A stretch of 64,000 bases of DNA, from NCBI GenBank assembly GCA_024704765.1, contig JAKMXF010000199.1:310001-374000 (forward strand), written 5' to 3'. Shown in pieces: positions 24,352-37,287 of the stretch. Both the position numbers and the translations under genes were made by a program. Under the pieces are notes generated by a model. The model did no database searches and was not told the origin of the DNA. It saw only the letters and a list, made by a program, of their open reading frames with translations. This DNA comes from Oopsacas minuta. Its lineage: Eukaryota > Animalia > Porifera. The stretch's first letter is position 1. Every line of letters starts with the position of its first letter.

Positions 24352-27300
24352 TAGGCCGGATCGAGAAAAGTATAAATCGTCGGTTCAACTTCTACCTAAG
24401 GGAAAAGTTGCCTCTACCATTTTCTAGGAAAATGCGAGACTTAAATTTGAAAAATATTTCGATTTGACCCTTGCAGTTTTATATTCTTGCTGTGTCACTT
24501 TCGCAAAATTGATTTTATATTGTCTGAATTTTCAAATTCCTTTGACTTAGCCCCTTTATATATATTATTTGGTAATAGTAAGTCGCATATTTGCTATTGA
24601 ATGGTATATTAATCGAATTTCTATGTCCAAGGATACTCAAGTTATCAAGATTTTTTTGCATATTTTATCATACCCTAATATTATTACCCACTCCCCTTTT
24701 TTTCCGATTATTTGAAAATTATTAGCTTTTTTATCTATCGTGGTATATGATTCAATTATGTTGTATCAAGTATATTTAACATGCATAATCTTTCTTTGAC
24801 TCAAATGCGGGCATTTTTTCTCTTGATGTTATGGTTGAAAGAATTAATCCATGTCTCGCATCTTCTCCTGTTACTGAACACGAACTTTTAGTGACTAATT
24901 GAATAGTTCTTTCAACAGCTTGTGTATGACATGGATATGCTGGAATTTCTAGTGGAGTACGTACACAATTAATTAGTACTTCTTTTGAGAGGTATCTTGT
25001 AAAAGGCGGTTCTGTGATAAAAGAGGTTTCCCAATCAATCATATCCACATATGTTTCAGCAGTGAACCTAATTGAAGGAAGATTAAATGGGCGAATTTCA
25101 GTCGGTCTAAATGATGAACTGTTAATTCGGATATCTAAAATAGTCTTCACTGCCTTTTGTCTAATTTGTTCATCATTATCTGCAAGCATCGATAACAGGA
25201 GATTTTCTGGATGACAAAAATATGAGTTTTTTTGTATCACATCGCAAATTACTTCTTGGTTAGACTCCGGTAGATCTCGTAGCAAAGATATCGCAAAAAC
25301 ATATTTTTAGGTCCATCTGTGCAAATCGGGTTACTCTTGATTCTAAACCAAACTGGTGCATAATAATTGACAATAAAATTGACAAGTCGGGATAATTCAG
25401 GTGTGGGATGTATCATAGAAATGTACGACCTAAGTAATCTGTTGGCCAGTGTTGTCCATCTAGCATGATGTAAAGGACCAGGTTGCATCGATGCCAGTTC
25501 AGATGAGCAAATACCAGTCTGAACTGCATGGCAGATATTATATAGATATTTCTGATCTTTATTTAAATTCTTGAGAATATCGCAATCAATAAGTTGAGTT
25601 TTACCGCATAAAGGATGATACGCTGCAATTGGTTTGCAAGTAAAATCACAATTAAGTTCTTTACCAATTACTCCTTTAAAAGAATTGGGTCCACTGGTTT
25701 TTCCATCTATTATTTGAAAGAGATGCCTCAATGGAAGTTCATTACCATGTAATTGGCAAATAAACCAGTGGAGTGGTTTTGTGAACTCTAGTTCAAGTAA
25801 TCTAATACACCCATTGTAGATTCCAGTGTTAACACGAACTCCATCAACTCCAACCGCCATTAAATTTGAATTACGCTCTCTGCAAAGATCAGTCAATTCC
25901 TTTGCTATATCTTTGGCTTTACCAGAACTTGGTGTTATATGGGCAACATACTGATTCCCCGGTTCAGATAAGACAGTATAATGTTCTTCATTTGCAGTAT
26001 CCTGATGCAAATGTCCATCTTCTCTTTCTACCAGTACTCGAGTTTGATCTTTACGGCCATCAAAATATATTGCAGATATATCATTGATAGTTTCGTGAGC
26101 CTCATTAGCCAATTCCTTTCTCACAGAGAATCTAGATCTACGGAGTTTGTTTCTATCAATAATTTGACTATCTTCTTCCTGTGTGATAATACCGTAATCC
26201 TGCAGTACTGCGTTAGCTATAGCCCGATCGCTAATTTGATATCTATCACACATTATGGCTAAATTTCGTAATTGATTATGATTACGTGTATACTTGTGAG
26301 TATTAGATGTACTCGAGTCAAAAGATTCAAACTCTTCAAAGTCACATTCTATAAATTCTTGCGAAGGTTGAACTGCATGTAATCTCTTCATTTCCCTTTC
26401 TTCTCTTTCATATTGTGCCTCTTTTCTTTTTTGTTTAACAAAATTTTTAGAGGTTGTCATGCAATCCAACCTGGATATAAATAATTTTCGAGCGTTTCGC
26501 TGATCAAAGAGAAATGGCCACTCACGGCGTGGTATCTTTTTATCGAGAGAGCAAAAACATTCACCTTCCTGAATTAGGCATTTGCAACTTGAGACATCGA
26601 ACAAAACATTGAATTCGGAAATAATAGGCTGTATACGGTCAGGTTGTTGCTTGTTTTGGATACTTTTCCGTAGTATTTAGCTCTCTCAATAATATCGGAT
26701 TTGATGTACTGTTTTATTTTGAGCTCTGATGTAGTGGGTATGGAAGCCAAATTATAGATACGCACTAATACTTCAGTTAGTTCTTTCGCTATATCATCTC
26801 TAGTTGATTTAGAATCTTCATTTCTAAGCATTCTATAATGATTGTATAGATCTAGTTTTGTTGGAAGTTGATTTTCTGGAATGGGTCCTGGATAGCCAAA
26901 AATAGGATGAAATACTTTACTACGCGTGTTTTCTGCCATTTCAAAAATAAATATATTTTAGGAATATAATCACTCAATAATATGAATGATTTGATCGAGC
27001 ATTGATATAGATACTATAATTGATCATAAATTCCATGCTAGATAAATGGTAACTAAGTTAGAACAAGAGATAAAGAATGTTGGTAAAATTTCTTTGTGGT
27101 AACCTATTGAGGAATTTGGATCTAGATAAAGAAATATACTAAGTTTGGTGATTATATAAAAATTTTACTAAGAATATAGAATTTTCAAATAATCGGAAAA
27201 AAAGGGGGGTGGGTAATAATATTAGGGTATGATGGAATATGCAAAAAAATCTTGATAACTTGAGTATCCTTGGACATAGAAATTCGATTAATATACCATT

Positions 27301-27548
27301 CAATAGCAAATATGCGACTTACTATTACCAAATAATATATATAAAGGGGCTAAGTCAAAGGAATTTGAAAATTCAGACAATATAAAATCAATTTTGCGAA
27401 AGTGACACAGCAAGAATATAAAACCGCAAGGGTCAAATCGAAATATTTTTCAAATTTAAGTCTCGCATTTTCCTAGAAAATGGTAGAGGCAACTTTTCCC
27501 TTAGGTAGAAGTTGAACCGACGATTTATACTTTTCTCGATCCGGCCTA
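24352..27548 (-). mobile_element. hATm-like element with about 370-bp TIRs
   Basis: Near-perfect TIRs starting taggccggatcgagaaaagtataaatcg; exact 8-bp TSD gtagttaa (24344-24351 and 27549-27556). It interrupts the host hAT at HTLQLVV/KD. Confidence 0.92.
24776..26939 (-). pseudogene. hATm-type transposase, about 720 aa, split by two -1 frameshifts
   Basis: Motifs YFDGRKD, VGVDGVRVNTG, WFICQLHGNELPLRHLF, HHARW and PCHTQAVERTIQLVT. Frameshifts near 26670 and 25290. Confidence 0.85.
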
Positions 27549-27959
27549 GTAGTTAAGGATTGATTGAAGGAATTTCGGTCAATTTCGACTACTATCACTA
27601 AAGCATCCAAATGGGTAAACTTCATTCGTCACTGAACCTTGGCTACTGAGTTATTTAGAATGATATTAAGTTACAAGCAAAGAATGAAACAAGATGGAAC
27701 AGCGTTTCTAAGAAACTAAAGTCCATCCTTAAAGCGGATCCTGGGAAAATAGAAATGTTAGATTACTCTGGCAAACTAAGTAATTACGAAATGAAGGTAC
27801 TCAAGGAAATAACAGAAATACTCAATCCCATTGGGAAAGCAACAGATCGCCCAGGTCAAGACATCGTCACAGCTAGTCTTATGCTCCCTTGCATTCGAGG
27901 TATCAGATCAGAATTAACAACTTTCTTCCACATACAAATTAAAATTTGTTACTACCTTA

Positions 27960-30660
27960 CTGGCCTGCCAGATACGGTCGGGTCGGTCGGGCCATGGCCA
28001 GACCAATAATTTTGGTCAAGAATACTTTTTTGCGGAGTTATCGCTAGTTTGGACCGAGAATAGAACGCGAGGATTTTTCAGGTCGGTATTTTGTATGACT
28101 TAACTAGAAATGAGCCATTTGTGTTTAGCTACATTTTACTAGTTAGGTATTAGTACATAGTAATAGTTATATAATTTAGAGTTATCAATTAGCAGCTGCA
28201 ACTAGGGAAGTTTTCGCATCTGTGTTGTGTCTAGCTATAACATCACTATCCTAATCATTTAACCGACATTCCTAACAACCTCTTGCCATTTCGTTAATAG
28301 CTATCTTAGGTGCTGGTAGGGTAGATGGTGTTCTCTTCGTTGTCCGCGCATTCATTTCTTCCTCAATTGCCAGAAAAGTCAATTCATCCTGGCGCCTCCT
28401 TCAGCTTTCCGAAGAGAGCGTTCGGGATAGCCAATCAGAGGATGAGACCCTGTCAAGCAGATTATTTCGAAATTTTGCCTTGGTTGACCGATGAGATTGA
28501 GAAGGATGTTGTTTTCTGCCACCTGTGCGTGAAGTCGCTTCAAACGAAGAAAATAACTACCAAGAAAGCCGACCCATCATTTACACAAAAGGGATTTTGT
28601 ACTGGAAGGTCGCAACGATCGCTTTCAAAAGCACGGGTGATCGGATTGTCACAAGGAAGCTTTTGAGTTGTCAATTATTATACCTCGTTCTTGCTCTGAT
28701 GTTGGGGAAATGCTTTCATCCTCGCATTATCAGCAAAAGAAAAACAACAGGGGGTGTCCTTTGAAAATTATTTCTAATCTCAAGTTTTTAACCGGGCAAG
28801 GGTTACCGCTGCGTAGAGACGATGATACGGACACGAACTTCACGCAACTTATGAAATTGCGCCCAAGAGATGATCTTCGTCTTGCTGAGTGGTTCGAGAA
28901 GAAGACCAACAAGTACGTTTCACACGATATCCAGAACGAGTTCTTGTAAGTTATGGCGTTGTCAGTACTGCGGGACATATCCCATTCCATCAAAGAGTCT
29001 ACATTCTATTCCATTATGTGCGATGAGTGCACTGATGCTTCTATTAAGGAGCAGCTGGTCATCTGCTTCCGTTGGATTGAAAACAGCTCCTTGGAGGTCC
29101 ATGGAGATGGAATTTGCTTGTATGCAATCGGTGACATTTTCGCTGCAACCATTGTCAAGGTTATCAAAGATGGGTTAGTCCGAATAACTTAGGACTGAAT
29201 ATGTGCAGAGGACAGTGCTACGAATATGCCAGCAATATGAATGGACTTAAGACCGGTGTCGCAAAGCAGTTGCGTGATGAGAAACCCCCGTGCCCTTATC
29301 TACATTACCCTGGCCATGCTTTAAATCTTGTAGCTGACGATTCTATCAAATGTACAAACATGCTAAAGATGCACTGGATGTTGCCTTTGAGGTTTCAAAG
29401 TTGTTGAAATTCTTATCCAAGAGAACAGCAAAACTGGAGAAGCTGAGGGAGGAACTTACTCTGGATTCACCAGGCTTCTGCATGTTGTGCTCTACTCGCT
29501 GGACTGTTTGTGCGGCTTCCCTGAAGTTGCTCTTTTCCAACTATATTGCTTTACAGCAATTATGGGAGGCTGTGAGGGATCCCACTTCCGATCCAACTAT
29601 AAAAGGAGAATCATTGGTGTTCAATCCATATTTAACAACTTTACTTTCTTCTTTGGACTAAACCTTGCAGAGCTAGTTCTAAATCACATTGACAATTTGA
29701 GTAGGACCCTCCAGTCAACATCCATGTCTGCCTCTTAGAAGCCAACATCGCCGGCATGACAGTGACAACACTGAGATCACTTCGCACTGATGACCACTTC
29801 ACTGCCTTTTGGGATCATTTGATCAATGCTCAGCAAGATCTGGATGTGTGTGTGGGCCTAAGCTTCCAAGAAGGAGGGAAGTACCAGAGCTGATGATGGT
29901 GGTGAACCAGTTGATTTTCCCGATGATTGCAAGATACACTATCACCAGTCTTAACTTGAGTCCCTCGACCTGATAATCAAAGTTATAGAGGACAAATTTG
30001 ATCAGCCTGACTACAATTTATATGGACGTTTGGAGGAAGTTCTCATTCACACTATCCTCGGAGAGAGCACTCAGGAATATTTCGACTTCGTAGCCAAATT
30101 CTACCCTGATGATTTCTACACTTCTCACCTCCGGCTTCATCTCGAAATTTTTCGGGCAACATTCCCTAACAAGCTTGTCTCAAACACTGTCCTTTCACGA
30201 TATCAGGAAATACATCCAGAGCTTATCAGAGGCAGAGCGTTCCTTGATAAGTGAGGTTGTCACTCTGTTGAGACTGGTTCTGGTTCTTCCATCAACGAAT
30301 GCTGTCAGCAAGCGGTCATTTAGCGCCATTAGGCGTCTGAAGACTTATCTGCGGACTACAATGAAGCAGGAGCGACTGAACTATTTGCTACTATTGCATG
30401 TCACAAGGATCACACTGACAACCTCTCATGTGTTGAAGTGGCTACCTCCTTCGTCTGTGATTAAGAGCACCACCTCCCATGTCTTTGGGCACTTCCACAC
30501 ATAAGATTGTTTCCCATGTGTGTGTGTTACCAACCAGTACGAATGTTTTTAGCCAATTTATCTTAGTTGAATTAGAGTGTATGAGTTATATACTGGTAGC
30601 TAACTACGACGACGCGTTAAATCTGGCCCGACCAATTCAAAATTGCTTCCTCCTGGCCTA
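27960..30660 (+). mobile_element. ZMYM1/THAP12-like hAT element, heavily degraded
   Basis: TTF-like finger (VFCHLC), DECTDASIKEQLVICFRW, RGQCYEYASNM, HALNL, STRW and PSTNAVSKRSFSAIRRLKTYLRTTM. Degenerate ends tggcctgccaga / tcctcctggccta; no TSD recovered. Confidence 0.85.
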
Positions 30661-31310
30661 CAAGTGGATATTAGACTGATGTCGATCTGATGAAGTTACC
30701 TGTTACACCTATCTCGCCATCGAAAAAGTCTATTTACAATATGAAACGAATGAAATTAATGAATTGGAGACAAGATCAGCATCAACAACACCTCAAGGGA
30801 AAAGATGTAAACTATTTAAGTTTTTGGTATCTCAAAGTACCATATATCAAGTACAAAGGAACCGTCACAAACTCAGGTGGAAACTTAGCTCTCTCAACCA
30901 ACGATTTCAGATAATACTGAGCCATTGTTCTATAGGCGTGAACACCAGGAAGAAATTCTTCAGCTTTCAAAAGTTGCCATATCCTATCTTGCAACCCCAG
31001 CTTATTCAGCCCCAGTTGAAAGATAATTCTCGATTGCCGGAAAGGTTTTCAAACCAGAGAGATGTAGGATATCAGATGATAGGTTGGAAGAACTAATGTT
31101 CATAAAGTGCAAATCTCACTATCATCAATAAATATCTTTAGTAATTTTGTACACTATTATCCTTTCTCAAATTTTGTAGCGTTCTTCTTGATCAGCATAA
31201 TATTTGTCTTTAGTCTCGCAACTTGTTTAGTTTGCACGATCATCATTTCTGCCCTATCGTATTTACTACAATCATAATTACAAGTTAATGGTGCAATTAT
31301 AGAATGTTAC

Positions 31311-32158
31311 ACCCCAAGTTTTGCAAGATGGTAAAAATCGCTATATGAGCCGTTATAGAGCATGTTAAGAGATGAAGATTGAGCTAGAGATTTCTAAAAT
31401 CAGTCCAGAATAAAAATGTTACAGCAATTCTAGCTCCTAAGCCAAAGTCAATGGAAAATTGCAACTTCATTGAATCCAAATATATAACAACAATAGTATT
31501 TCAAATAGCATAGTAGTGTGCATACGATACTACAACATACCTAATTAGCATTCCAATGTCTGAGTAATTTGTGTTACGTATTAATCAATCTCTTAAATCT
31601 CCAAGTAAATAGACATATTTAGTAAACATACAATCTGCAATTATGATATTCAGTTAATTAACTACTACATATCAAGAGTTTGTTTAGTAACAACTATAAT
31701 TTAACTAAATTATACTGTTTCAATATATGTACTTTCCAAAGGCTGAATGTAATATTAAAAAGAAATGTAGATCAACTAAAAATAATGTACATAATTCATC
31801 CATGAATTCCCCTTTGACATCGATTTTCAGATCATAGATTGCAATCTAGGTATTTTTTAAAATTTAAAGTGAGTTCAGAAATAAAGTCGGAAAATCCGTA
31901 TCCCCACAAGAATGTACTTCGTAATAAGCTGAAATAGGTTGTATGCCAGGAAAGAGACAGAAAATAGAATTGTTTACACTATAATTGGTTACAATGATTA
32001 TATCAATTTTCTCCATAGACTTTGGCTTATAAGCTCGAATTATTGTAACTTTTTGGTTTCTTGACCGATATCTGAAGTCTAGTTTCAATCTTGATCTCTC
32101 AAAATGCTCTATAACGGCTTATATAGCGATTTTTATCATCTTGCAAAAAGCTAGGGGT
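31311..32158. mobile_element. About 850-bp non-autonomous element with about 190-bp diverged TIRs
   Basis: accccaagttttgcaagatggtaaaaatcgctatatgagccgttatagagc is mirrored by gctctataacggcttatatagcgatttttatcatcttgcaaaaagctaggggt. It lies in the right subterminal region of the host hAT. Confidence 0.75.
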
Positions 32159-32684
32159 ACAAAATTCTATACTTGTACCAAGTTAATATTCATACAGTGC
32201 AATTGTATTAATTTTAATTGGGTTCGGAGAATTGAAATGTAATTGGAAATGGAACTTTTTCAATTATCCATAATAGCAATTAATAGTAACGAACATTTTA
32301 TAAATCTTGTAATTGATTCGTAATTAAAATTGAACAAAGGTAACTGACCCCTGGATCTTGGAGACTCATAGTTTTTGGTTGAATACTTATGAACGCGAGA
32401 GTTATTTTGTTTAGATGTTCTCTTTCCATATAAAATAAATCTAAAGTTACAATCTGTGCCGAAAGCTTAGTACTGCTTCATTAATCCCTAGTTATATTTT
32501 CAAAAAGTACTTATCTCTGATATTTTCAAATTTTCAGGATATACCTTTTAGGGCCTCTGCTCCATTATTCCATCGAAAAATCAAGTTGTGTCATATTTTC
32601 AAGTGTGAATGATGTAATTTTGCTAGTGTACTAATACAATAATATATAGATATGCCCTGTTCTGGGCGTTAGTTATCCATAGTA

Positions 32685-34038
32685 CAGTATGTCCCGAAAG
32701 TTTCTTCCTATAGTAATTTTAGATATAATAGACTACCAAAAACTTGATTAATTGAATTCGAATATTCTGAACTCAATTTATTGAATATTCAAACAATTGT
32801 GAACACATTAGATCAAGTGATATAGGCTTATCAACTTCAGAGACTTCTTTAGCAGCATTTATTTGATCTCGAATATTCCTTCTCAAAATAATGTCCGAAT
32901 CGTTACATTCCTCTCAGAATTTATTTCGTGCAAAGGCTATTGGAATGTTAGAGGCCGGAGTTACGCAGAAACAGGTGTCCTAAGCCCTTGGAAAGACCAC
33001 ACGGACCATCAGCAATTGGTGGAAACGAAATAAATTGGACCAGAGTCTCAGCGATAAACCGAGGTCAGGAAGGCCTTTATCGCTCACAAGGACAGCGAAA
33101 ATAGTTATTTCCAAATCTGTTGGTAAGAGGCACCAATCTACACGAAAATTGGCAAAGAGACTAACCGTTCGTGGACACCCGACTTCCAAATCAGCGGTGC
33201 ATTGCTATTTGAGAGAAAATCTTGGTCTTAAGAGCTACCAACGGCCACATCAGCCAAAATTGACCGAAAAACAGAAAGATCATCGCCTAAATTTCTGTAA
33301 ACAAAGGCTATTTTGGTCGGCTGTACAATGGAGCAATGTTATTTTCTCCGATGAAGCTCCGTTTTATCTATTTCAGCCTTCCAACCTACAAACCGATCGC
33401 GTCTGGAGTTCTGATGCCAAAAATGTCCCACCGGTCCTCACTATTAAGTTTCCTTCTCATCTTATGGTTTGGGAACTATGTCGGCTCGTGCTGTATCAGA
33501 ATTACACATTCTGCCACCCAAATGCACTGTAAATGCCAAGTACTATGTTGATGAGATACTAGCTGGACCTTGTCAAGATTCGTTTGCTCGCAAAAGATAT
33601 ACTGGTACAATTCTACAGCGAAGACTTTGCCAAAACATGTCCAATTCTGTTTTCCAACAGGATGGAGCTCCCGCTCATACTTCAAAATTAAGTCAGCAGT
33701 GGTGCCAACTGAATCTACCAAACTACTGGGCGAAAGAAGTGTGGCCAGGCAACTCTCCTGATTTATCTCCAATTGAGAACTTGTGGGCGTAGGTGAAAAA
33801 TGAACTTTCTGAGCTACCAGCTGCTTCAAATTTAGACCTGCTGAAAAATCAACTCAAAAATGTGTGGGCTGACATCAGCCCTGACCTACTCAAGAGGTTG
33901 ATGGATGGAATGCCAGCTAGGATGAGAAAGTGCGTAGATTTGAATGGCGGTAATATTGGAAAATAATGAAACCTATATTCCATTTCGTATGCTGCTATGA
34001 ATAATTTTCTGATAGGAAAAGACTTTCGGGACATACTG
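32685..34038 (+). mobile_element. Tc1-like DD37E element, pseudogenised (CDS about 32891-33966)
   Basis: TIR cagtatgtcccgaaagt with TA TSD. FSDEAPF and QQDGAPAH...SPDLSPIE, with 37 residues between the second D and the E. Two stops and one -1 frameshift. Confidence 0.92.
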
Positions 34039-34160
34039 TATATACAGTATGTCCAATAATTATTGCAACACTAGGGAGATTTCTTAGCGTAACCCAGAAA
34101 CAATAAATATGAAAGTATATGATCTAATTTTATGTCTACTTGTTGAGAATACACTAAAGA

Positions 34161-35144
34161 TTAATATTTGATCTTATTTCCATCGTTTTCTACGACCATC
34201 TGACATCTACGCTTCATAGACTTCCAATAGGGTTCCAAAAATTCGGGTGTGAGAGAATCCCAAATTGTTTGGATACACTTTTCAAGCTCAGCTAGTGATT
34301 TGGCATGTTGTTTTACAACTTGATTTTTCAACCAGCCGAATAGATTTTCTATCGGATTAAGGTCTGGTGATTGACTGGGCCATTGAAATACATTATTTGG
34401 CATTTTTTCTGAGATCCATTGTTGGGCTAATTTTGAACGGTGCTTTGGATCATTATCCTGAACGAGAAACCATCTATTTCCGTGGAAAGCCTCAGCCTGC
34501 GAAAGAAGATGCCATTCAAGGATCTTAACAAAGAATTGTGCATCCAAATTCTGACGAAATATGCACAATGGGAAGGTACCGAAAGACGAAAATGCAGCCC
34601 ATATGTGTATTTTCGGTGAGTGTTTGGTAGTTTTTTGTGATCGTTTTTTTCCAGATTTTGTCCACATTCGAACCTTCCCACGATTAAGCCAGAAAGAGGC
34701 TTCATCTGCAAACACAGCTCTACACCACAGTTTAAATTTGTTTTTCTGTGCCCATTCAATTCTGAAGAGACGATTTTTTTCAGATAGCAATGGAATCTGG
34801 ACAGGAAATGGCTTAGAGTATTTCAGTTTCTGAAGAGTAAGATGGACTGTACTTTTACTGACAGTCAGTTTCTTTGTTTTAGTTATCCTGGTTGTAAGTT
34901 TACGTACACTAGTCTCTGGATCCGATTTGATGAACTGAGTAGCTGTATATTTTATTGAATTGCCGAGTAAATTTGGTCTACCACCGCCTCTTTTGTGTTT
35001 AAGGGTCATATTTGTTTGGAGCCTTTTTTCAACCCTGTAAACTGTCCCTCGATCAACATCTAAAATGCGTGAGATTTCAGTAGGTGTATGTTTATCGCCA
35101 ATCAATAGAGTTTTGATCTTTTCTCTCATCACCTCTTGAGCCAT
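34161..35144 (-). CDS. Tc1-family transposase, 327 aa, DD35E
   Basis: HTH region with GGGRP; FADEASF; VQDNDPKH...WPSQSPDLNPIE with 35 residues between D and E (counted). Confidence 0.93.
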   Translation of the reverse strand: MAQEVMREKIKTLLIGDKHTPTEISRILDVDRGTVYRVEKRLQTNMTLKHKRGGGRPNLLGNSIKYTATQFIKSDPETSVRKLTTRITKTKKLTVSKSTVHLTLQKLKYSKPFPVQIPLLSEKNRLFRIEWAQKNKFKLWCRAVFADEASFWLNRGKVRMWTKSGKKRSQKTTKHSPKIHIWAAFSSFGTFPLCIFRQNLDAQFFVKILEWHLLSQAEAFHGNRWFLVQDNDPKHRSKLAQQWISEKMPNNVFQWPSQSPDLNPIENLFGWLKNQVVKQHAKSLAELEKCIQTIWDSLTPEFLEPYWKSMKRRCQMVVENDGNKIKY

Positions 35145-35219
35145 ATCAACGCTAAATGCTAAATTATTCAGCTAAAAGGTAAGAGAATTTTCTAATTTAT
35201 GATGAAAGGTACTAAATGA

Positions 35220-35245
35220 TGACGTCATCGTAAATAATGACGTCA
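35220..35245. promoter_or_regulatory. Tandem CRE-like palindromes (TGACGTCA x2) upstream of the DD35E transposase ATG
   Basis: tgacgtca at 35220-35227 and 35238-35245, 75-100 bp upstream of the ATG at 35144. Function not shown. Confidence 0.3.
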
Positions 35246-36994
35246 TCCTCATTAGCAAAAAATATAATCCCATTGTGTTTACTCAGATTTATCTTCAAAT
35301 AGATACCAATTAACTTTCTATATTAGTACAGTAACTACTACTTATCAACTAGAACTATAGCAGTGGTTGAAATAGAAATAATGATGTGTTGCAATAATTA
35401 TTGGACATACTGTACGTATAATGCCTGGAAATGGAATCTAATATTTTCGAAGAGTTATGCACAATAATATGAATACATCTTTATAAATTCTGCAGTTTAC
35501 AATTAATGAATTACTCTTTATGTCCGAAAAGCTGATTTTATACCCATTTTAAGTCATTATGACGTATTATAAATGAATTAAAATATTGGTCGTTACTTTC
35601 AGTTACTCATTTTGAATGTGGGGATCATAGTGGTTGTTGAATCTCATAAAAGTAGTATAATTATATGAGTTTAAAATAAATAATGTCATTTTATGTACTG
35701 CAATGATTATGGATCTTCGTTGCAGCTAAACTACTTCGACATGTGGCATGATCTAAGTTATAATAAGGCCCAGTATAAACTCATATAGAAAACTTAGGCA
35801 GTGGATGTCAGCGAAGGCTTACCCACAGTTGAACAAATCTAATTTATCCGATTGGTAGTATGAAATGGGTAATTTTTTACCCAGATAGCAGTATTATTGA
35901 AATGTATATAATGTATCAGACAGGACATATTTTCCAACCATCTTCAGATAGAAATGACGTAATCACGTCACATAATCGTCGTCAGTTTAGTTTACGTATA
36001 TATGGCTCATTTTTCAAAATTACTGAAAAGGGGCATTTTTGCCTAAATATATCATCAACCATTATATGCAAGACATTTCAGGAAAGTGTCAAAATATCTG
36101 TCTAGTAAGCATTTATATGGTAAAATATTTCATTCTATGATCCCTTGTGTGGAACGTAAAATATTACGTCTTTAAATATTACAAATACATAAAATGACCC
36201 ATAGATAGGTTTCAAAGATTTGTAATGATGCAAAAGTTAAATCTTTTTTTAGATAGAGTAGACACTAGGCACAACATATATATTTCAATATCGAATTATA
36301 ACTCGATAACACTAGTCAACAAAATATTTAACCTTCTTGCTGTTTGAATAAATATGTACTATTTTGCGAAGTTCTCGGTTAAGACAACAAAATGCATCAC
36401 TTTCGTTTATCTTTTGAAATTCTGGAAATAGTTCTAATGCATATATCCGAAAGAAGGTTACTTGATAAGATGAGTAGTTTCAGAGATACAGTAACCTCCA
36501 TTAGGGGACACGTAATAATCTAACCTTTTCACAGAAGTTAGAGATATGAAAGGAAGGTGAGAAAATTAGCCAGCGGGTAGTTGCACGATTTTAGGGGTCC
36601 CCTTGGAGTTGAGAACCGCGTGGTAACGAAAGCCTGAACTTGAGAGATTAGCCAAGAACAACTGCCATCATGCTGCAAAACGTGCAAAAAATTTTAGGAA
36701 CGAAAATCTCAATGAGAATGTGTGGGAATGGTTCGTTGTAGTCCGATCCCAGAACATCCCAGTGTCAGGTCCCATCCTCCAAGAGAAAGCACATGTTTAC
36801 AAATAAACATTCATGCAAATTATGAAGTTTATAATAGGACCCTAAGAGGCAAACCTCTTATCAAGGAACCCCTCCATATTAGGAAGAATTTTCTGCAGTC
36901 CCAAAAGTGTTCCCTAATTGGAGGTTTTACTTATAGTGAAAAAGATGTGAAGTCATCCCAACAACACTTCACCAGACAACTATTTTCGTATGTT

Positions 36995-37287
36995 AGCAGG
37001 TAATATGTGGCTACACGTGTTTGAAGCTGCAAATTACACATTATTCGAGCAAGAGAGATAGCTAACCCGTAAGGTGAAGACTAAACGTAGAGATCACCAA
37101 CAAACTAAATTTAATGCATATTTATGACTTCATTAACATTATTGGCGTTAATTATAATAGTTGTCTAACATTCGGTGTGCATATATTGTAGAGCAAAGTT
37201 AAACGTTATAACAGGCTAGATACATATCTTGCACATACCTTGTATAATCTGCAGCTTCAATACACATGTGGCCACAGATTTCCTGCC
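36995..37287. mobile_element. About 290-bp MITE
   Basis: Imperfect TIR of about 45 bp: agcaggtaatatgtggctacacgtgtttgaagctgcaaattacac versus the reverse complement ggcaggaaatctgtggccacatgtgtattgaagctgcagattatac. Confidence 0.7.

Larger units (their letters stand above)
22164..32353 (+). mobile_element. Host hAT (Ac/ZBED-like) element inflated to 10.2 kb by four nested insertions
   Basis: Ends caagattgcggtcaattac / gtaactgacccctg with TSD gatcttga / gatcttgg. Transposase pieces in order: TLDLWSS (23550), ITTDNAANM, HVPCLAHTLQLVV, KNETRWNS (27685) and LATPAYSAPVER*FSIAGK..RCRISDDRLEELMFIKC (about 30980-31110). Confidence 0.85.
34045..35412 (-). mobile_element. Tc1-like DD35E element, apparently intact
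   Basis: Perfect 27-bp TIR cagtatgtccaataattattgcaacac, TA-flanked, with an uninterrupted ORF. Confidence 0.95.
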
